A stretch of DNA of 64,000 bases from the human T2T-CHM13v2.0 reference genome, Homo sapiens, in NCBI RefSeq assembly GCF_009914755.1, contig NC_060939.1. The stretch is one strand, 5' to 3'. Shown in pieces: positions 56,570 through 64,000 of the stretch; the stretch's first letter is position 1; each line of letters begins with the position of its first letter. The notes under the pieces were generated by a model. The model searched no databases, was not told where the DNA came from, and saw only the letters and a list, made by a program, of their open reading frames with translations. Both the position numbers and the translations under genes were made by a program.

Positions 56570-58035
56570 GACAAAGATAAGGAAAAAAACAAATAGAAAA
56601 ATGTCAGATATAAATACTACCTTCTTAGCATTTACATAAACTGTAAATGGAATAGACATACCAATTAAAGGGCAGATATGGGCTAAATAGATTTTTTAAA
56701 TGTGATTCAACTGTATGCTGTCTACAAGAGCTTACTGCTGTCACATTAGATTAAAAGACCCAAATAGATTGAAAGGAAAAAGATGGAAAAAGGTAGACCA
56801 CACAAATAGTAACAACAACAACAAAAAAAGAGCTGGAGTAACTATGCTAACATCAGACAAAACTGACCTTAAGACAAAAATTGTTTTTAGGGTCAAAGAA
56901 GGACATTTTATTATGATTTCATATAAATGAAATCAATAACAAATTCAGGGAGATAAATCAGCATCTACAGTTGCTAAAATACATTATCTAAAATTTCTAA
57001 TTTTTTACAAAAATTATAAGATATGCAAAAAATAAAGGAAAGTGTGACCCCTGCTCTGGGGTAAAAACTGCCAATAGAAACTATCTGTGAGGGGAGCCTG
57101 GATGCTGAAGTTAGGAAAGACTTCAAAGCAGAATTTTAAATATGTTTAGAGAATTAAAGAATCATGCTTTAAAAATTGAAAAATGATAACAATGATGCAT
57201 TAAGTAGAGAATATCACAAGGAAATAAAAATTATTTTTAAGACAACAGAATAGAAATTCTGGAATTGAACAATACAAGTGAAATAAAAAATTCACTTACA
57301 TGAGGGACTCAATATAATATTTGAGATGACATAAAATTGAGATGACATAAAAATTACTCATCAAAAATTAAAATAGATCAATAGAAATTACTCAATCTGA
57401 AGAACATAGAAGAAAAAAGAATGAAGAAAAATGAATAAAGTGTCAAAACCTATGGGACGCAATCAAGCAAACCAACATGTCTGTAATAGGAATCCCAGAA
57501 AAGGAAGAGAATAATTTTTTTTAAAAAAAGAGAGAATAATATATGTGAAAAATAGTAACCAAAAACTATCCAAATACCCAAAATTAATTTCAAAATTAAT
57601 CTAAAGATCTTAAAAGTTAAAACTTTCAAAAAACATACACGTAAGTAGGAGAAACACAAAAAGATCCACACCTAGATGCATAATAGTCACACTATTGAAA
57701 GACAAAGTAAAGCCTCAAAAGCAGTAACAGAAAAATGACTCAATGCGCATATAGGGGAAACAATGATTAACAGCTAATTTCTCATAAGAAGCAATGGAGA
57801 CCCGAAGTCAGAATGACAGATTTGGACTGGTGAAAGAAAAAAAAACTATCAGGGATTCTATATAAGTGAAACAAAACTGTATTTTAAAAAGACAAAATAA
57901 AGGCATTCACACATAAACAAAGAGAGAATTTGTTTCCAAAAGATTTGCTTTACAAGATCTACTAAAGGAAATTCTTCAGGCTGACATCATGTGGCAACTT
58001 AAATCCATACAAAGAAGTAAAGAATTGTAGGAAAG
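56570..58035 (+). mobile_element. Old L1M fragments (endonuclease start, ORF1)
   Basis: NRLKGKRWKK..GVTMLTSDKTDLKTK..KEGHFIMI peptide. Confidence 0.7.
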
Positions 58036-58221
58036 ATACACACAAACACACACACACACACACAAACTGACCCTCAAACATTGTGGGTTTTAGGGGCACC
58101 AGCCCCCTACAAAGTCGAAAATCCGTGTATAAATTTTGACTCCCCCAGATCTTAACTACTAACAGCCTACTATTGACTGGGAGCCTTACCAATAACATAA
58201 ACAGTCAATTAACACATATTT

Positions 58222-58450
58222 CATTTTCTTTTGTTTTGATACATGGTCTTGCTCTGTCATCCAGGCTGGTGTGCAGTGGCACAATCGTGGCTCACTGCAG
58301 TCTCAACCTCCCAGGAGCATAGTGCTCCTCCCACATCAGCCTCCTGAGTAGCTGGGACTACAGGCATGCACCACCATGCCAGCTAATTTTTTAATATTTT
58401 TATAGAGATGAAGTCTCACTATGTTACCCAGGCTGGTCTCAAACTCCTGA
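58222..58450 (-). mobile_element. Partial AluJ
   Basis: ggtcttgctctgtcatccaggctgg...ctcaaactcctg. Confidence 0.85.
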
Positions 58451-59197
58451 AACATGTATTTTGTATGTTATATGTCTTATACACTGTATTCTTACAATAA
58501 AGTAAGCTACAGAAAAGAAAATGTTATTAAGACAATCATAAGAAACAAAAACTACATTTACAGTACTGTACTGTGTTTATCGATACCATAAGTTTACATC
58601 GTCTGTTTACAAGGTGAATCATCTGTCAGAAATAGTAGGCAACTGCAGCTGCAGACCGCAATCTATGGTACATATCAAGCAATCCAACTTTCTCCTGTAA
58701 TGTTACGACCTTTCTCTGCTTCTTTAGAGCACTTCCAGCATCACTAATGGCACTTGCTATGGGTCCCATGTGTCATCCACGGTTTAAGCATTGCAGTAAA
58801 CCAAGAAATACATGGGAATTGAGAGATCACTTTTTACTGCAATAGGCAATTTACTGAAGGGATTAACCACTCATGGAGATGATCAGCACCATATAGCATC
58901 TTAAGTAGATCCTCACTCACTGCAATGGCAACAGGAGGTGGCTGTGAAATTATTACAGTAGCACAGTATGTACCACAGTTAACTTTACACAGTTATGATT
59001 GAATCCTGCATCTTTACATTTGTTTACATTTCCCTTGGCTGTGAATGGTACCATGTACTGTCTGTGTTTGTGTAAGCTTTGATACATTTTAACTTTTTAT
59101 AATAGATTTGTGTATATTTTATAGGAGTAAATAAGATAGACTAGTATCTACAAAAATTTTATGCATTCATGACATAGCTTTTGTGGTTTTTTGTTTG

Positions 59198-59198
<1 letters not shown>

Positions 59199-59240
<42 letters not shown>
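59199..59240 (+). repeat. (TG)n microsatellite
   Basis: Directly visible. Confidence 0.97.
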
Positions 59241-59243
<3 letters not shown>

Positions 59244-59299
59244 CTGTGTTTGTTTCTCCCATGTGCTTATTTTGGCCCCTGGCCACTCACAACCCACCA

Positions 59300-60737
59300 T
59301 CATTTTTTTTTTAATAACTGGTTCAAAGGACAATTTTTTTAACTTTTAAGTCCAGGGGTACATGTGCAGGTTTATTATATAGGTAGACTCATGTCACAGG
59401 AGTTTGTTGTACAGATTATTTTGTCACCCAGGTATTAAGCCTAGCACCCATTACTTATTTTTCCTGATCCTCTCCCTCCTCCCACCTTTCATCCTCCAGT
59501 AGGCCCCAGTGTGTGTTGTTCCCCTCTTTGTGTCCATGTGTTCTCATCATTCAGCTCCCACTTATAAGTGAAAACATGTGGTATTTGGTTTTCTGTTCCT
59601 GTGTTAGTTTGCTAAAGGTAATGGCCTCTGGCTCCATCCATGTTTCTGCAAAAGATATTACCTCATTCTTTTTAATGGCTGCATAGTGTTCCATGGTGTA
59701 TATGTTTATACATATACTTTACTTTATCCAGTCTACCACTTTATCCACTTTTCTTTATCCAGTCTACCACTGAAGGACATTTAGATCAATTCCATATCTT
59801 TGCTATGGTGAATAATGCTGCAATGAACACACATGTGCATATGTCTTTACAGTACAAGAATTTATATTCTTTTTTTATATATACCCAGTAATGGGATTTC
59901 CTGAGTCAAATGGCAATTCAGTTTTTTAGCTCTTTAGCTCTTTAAGGAATCACCACACTGCTTTCTACAATGGTTGAACTAATTTACACTCCTGCCAGCA
60001 GTGTATAAGTGATCTCTTTTCTCTGCAACTTCATTAGCATGTGTTATTTGTTGACTCTTTAATAATAGCTATATGACTGGTGTGAGATGGCATTGCATTG
60101 TAGTTTTGATATACATTTTTCTAATGATAGGTGATATTGAGCTTTTATCATACACTTATTGGCTGCGTGTATGTCTTCTTTTGAAAGCATTCATGTCCTT
60201 TGCTCACTTTTTAGTGCAGCTGTTTGGTTTCTTTTTCTTGTAAATTTGTTTAAGTTCCTTATAGACTTTGGTTCCTATTAGACCTTTGTCAGAGATGCAT
60301 AATTTGCTAAATTTTTTTCCCATTCTGTAGATTGTTTACTCTGTTGATAGTTCCTTTTGCTGTGCAGAAGCTCTTTAGTTTAATAGATCCCATTTGTCAA
60401 TTTTTGTTTTTGTTGCAATTGCTTTTGGCACCTTTGTCATAAAATCTTTTCCCGTGCCTATGTGCAGAATGGTATTGCCTAGATTGTCTTCCAGGGTTTT
60501 ATAGTTTGGGGTTTACGTTTAAGTCTTTAATCCAACTTGAGTTGATTTTTGTATATGGTATAAGGAAGGGGTCCGATTTCAATCTTCTGCATGTGGGTAG
60601 CCAGTTCTCCCAGCACCATTTATTGAGTAGAGACTGCCTGCCCCACTGCTTGTTTTGGTCAGCTTTGTCGAAGATCAGATGGTCATAGGTGTACAGCCTT
60701 ATTTCTGGGCTCTCTGTTCTGTTCCATTGGTCTATGT
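59300..60737 (-). mobile_element. L1PA 3' fragment
   Basis: ggggtacatgtgcagg 3'UTR and ORF2 C-terminus. Confidence 0.92.
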
Positions 60738-60949
60738 GACATACCTAACTTTGACTTAATTTTTTTCAATATTTCTAAGCTATGCAGTTCATCTGTGTTT
60801 TTTCAAATTATCACAAATCTCCAAAAAAAATTCCCATACATTTATTGAAAAAGATCTCCATATAAGTAGACCCATGCAGTTCAAATCCATGTTGTTCAAG
60901 GGTCAATTGTATGTCTTTTTTTTATCATTTTTCTTTTTTCTCTTAATAT

Positions 60950-62110
60950 AAAATACATTGCACAAAATAATTGAAATGATAAAACTATTATATATGTTAG
61001 GCATATAACGTAGAAGTACAACATACGTGACCATCAAAGCACAAACAAGGGAGGACAAATGGAGCTCTACTGGAACACAATGTCTGTATTTTCCACGAGA
61101 TAAGTTAGTATTAATCCAGCACAGATCATATTAAACTAAGATGTACAGTTTAACCCTTAGAGCAATCAATAATAAAATAACTCAAAAACACAGTTTTAAA
61201 AATAGAAACAAAGAAGAGAATTAGTATACAATAAAATGTAATTTAACACAGTAAGAAAGCAGTAAAAGATAAAGAGAGGAAAAAAGATATGAGATATAGT
61301 GAAAATAGCAAAGTAGCAGACGTGAAGCCAAGCGTATGAATAAGTATTAAATGGGGGTGGATTGAATATTTCAATTAAAATGTAGAAATTGTCAGGCTAG
61401 ATTTTATCATTTTTAAAATGATAAGTCATGCAAACAGTAAACAAAAGTGGGCTGAAGTGGCTATACCAGTATCAGGCAAATAGACCCTAAGACAAAAACA
61501 TTACCAGAGAAAAAGAGACATTTAGTAATGATAAAGTTCAATTCATTTGGATGATGTAATAATTATAAAAGTATATACACTTAACAACCGATCCTCAAGA
61601 TACATGAAGCAAAAGCTGACATACTTGAAAGGAAAAATACCCAATCCAACAAAATAGTTGAAGACTGCAATACCCCACTCTCAATAACTGATAGAACAGT
61701 TTCACAGAATATCACTAATAATGTGCAAGAGACAAACAGAACTGTTAACAAGCAAGACAAATCTAACACTGATAGAATGCTCCACAAAACAGCAGCAGAA
61801 TACACATCACAAGTAGAATATTCTCCAAGACAGATCAAATGCTAGACCGTAAAACAAGTCTTAATAAAATTAAAAGGACTGCAATTGTGCAATGTATGTC
61901 CTGTGACCACAACTGAATTAAATTAAAAGTCAAAAACATAAAGAAACATGGGCAATCCACAAATATTTGGAGCCTTCAAAACATACTTTGAAATAACCCA
62001 TAAGTCAAAAAAAGAAATTATATGGAAAATTAGAAAATATTTCTAGCTTAATGAAAATGAAAGCACGTTACATGTTAAATTGAAGAAATGCAAAGAAGTG
62101 GTGCTGGGGG
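60950..62110 (+). mobile_element. Old L1M (inter-ORF/endonuclease region)
   Basis: Degenerate endonuclease-domain sequence. Confidence 0.7.
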
Positions 62111-62636
62111 CATGGTTTGAGGAGTAGTATCTTTCTGTGTTAGTAAACCTTTCTGTTTGAGGAGGACACAAATTTATAAATGAAGTCTCAAGATTTTGTG
62201 AGTAATTTTGTAACAACAATTGTAATGGAAACAATACATATTACTGATGTAGTCTTTTCCGTGATAACGGAAATGTTACTCAAATATCACACAAAATGAA
62301 ACAGATCATCAAGGTCACACTACCTCCTAAACTTGCTGTTATAAGTAATTTAGCTCCAAACTCAACTTATAGTAAATTATATTTTATAGAAAATGAAATT
62401 AGAATGAGTTTACAAACCACAAAGATAATTCAAGAAAAAAAACAAATACGCAGTGCTGTCAGAAATCTCTCAGTGGCTAAGGTAAAGCTGGTTAACTTAA
62501 AATAGTCCAATTACAACCTTCATTGTTTTCCACTTAGAGAATATAAGGAAAGATTAATAGATGTAGGCTTTCTTCATTCACCAAATAAAACATGAAATAC
62601 AAAAATCAGGTAAAATGCCATATGGCAAAAGTTCTA

Positions 62637-62813
<177 letters not shown>

Positions 62814-63129
62814 TTAACACACCGATTCATTTCTTTAACCTCTGGTTGCCTTTTTCTTTATCAAGAATAATTGTCATACTACAAACCGCATATATGTAAA
62901 ATGCATATAATTTCTATTTGGTTATGTGTATACTCATGAAACCAACACTGTAATCAAGATAATGAACATGCCCATTGACCCACAAGTTTATTCATGCCTA
63001 TGTTCTTGTACCTCCTCTAGCTCCTCTTGTCAACCCCCACACTCCCAGTAAACCATTCATCTCTTTTCTTTCACTATAGATTGGCTTAAATTTTCTATAA
63101 ATGCAGGTTTTCTGTAAATTGCACCATAG

Positions 63130-63448
<319 letters not shown>

Positions 63449-63526
63449 TGACTGTTTCTCAATAGACAGATCATCCAGACAAAAAAATTAATATTCAGCA
63501 TAATCATGTTAAGATCCTTCACTGTT

Positions 63527-63820
<294 letters not shown>

Positions 63821-64000
63821 AAGATCCTTCGCTGTTGGTGTGTGAGTCAGTAGTTCATCTTTTTTAATGTGTAGTAGTATGCTAGTGTGTGGCTATATTA
63901 CAATGTACATACCATTCACCTATTGATGGACACATGGATTGTTTCCAGTGTCTGGCTATTTCAAATAAACATGCTATGAACATTCATATACAAGTTTTTG

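Larger units (their letters stand above)
58062..60910. mobile_element. Tigger2-family DNA transposon interrupted by AluJ, (TG)n and L1PA
   Basis: Terminal inverted repeats caaactgaccctcaaaca / tgttcaagggtcaattg. Confidence 0.75.

Overview
Primate (most likely human) genomic DNA inside the OCA2 (P-protein) gene, which runs on the minus strand. Three coding exons are present: 62646-62773, 8381-8440 and 7672-7776 (exons 19-21 in the usual numbering). They flank a ~54.2 kb intron filled with retroelements (L1, Alu, MaLR/ERV LTRs, MER2/MER20/Tigger). The intron also holds an RPL5 processed pseudogene and a TSD-flanked retrocopy of a spliced KRAB-ZNF transcript that runs into beta-satellite-like repeats. 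The most interesting observation is that the AT-rich, non-repeat gaps between transposons repeatedly translate on the PLUS strand into degenerate fibronectin type III (FN3) motifs, from ~1.2 kb to ~62.6 kb. This suggests the fossil of a large multi-FN3 gene lying antisense within OCA2. That call rests on by-eye translation and needs HMM and synteny confirmation. Repeat subfamily names and boundaries are approximate.
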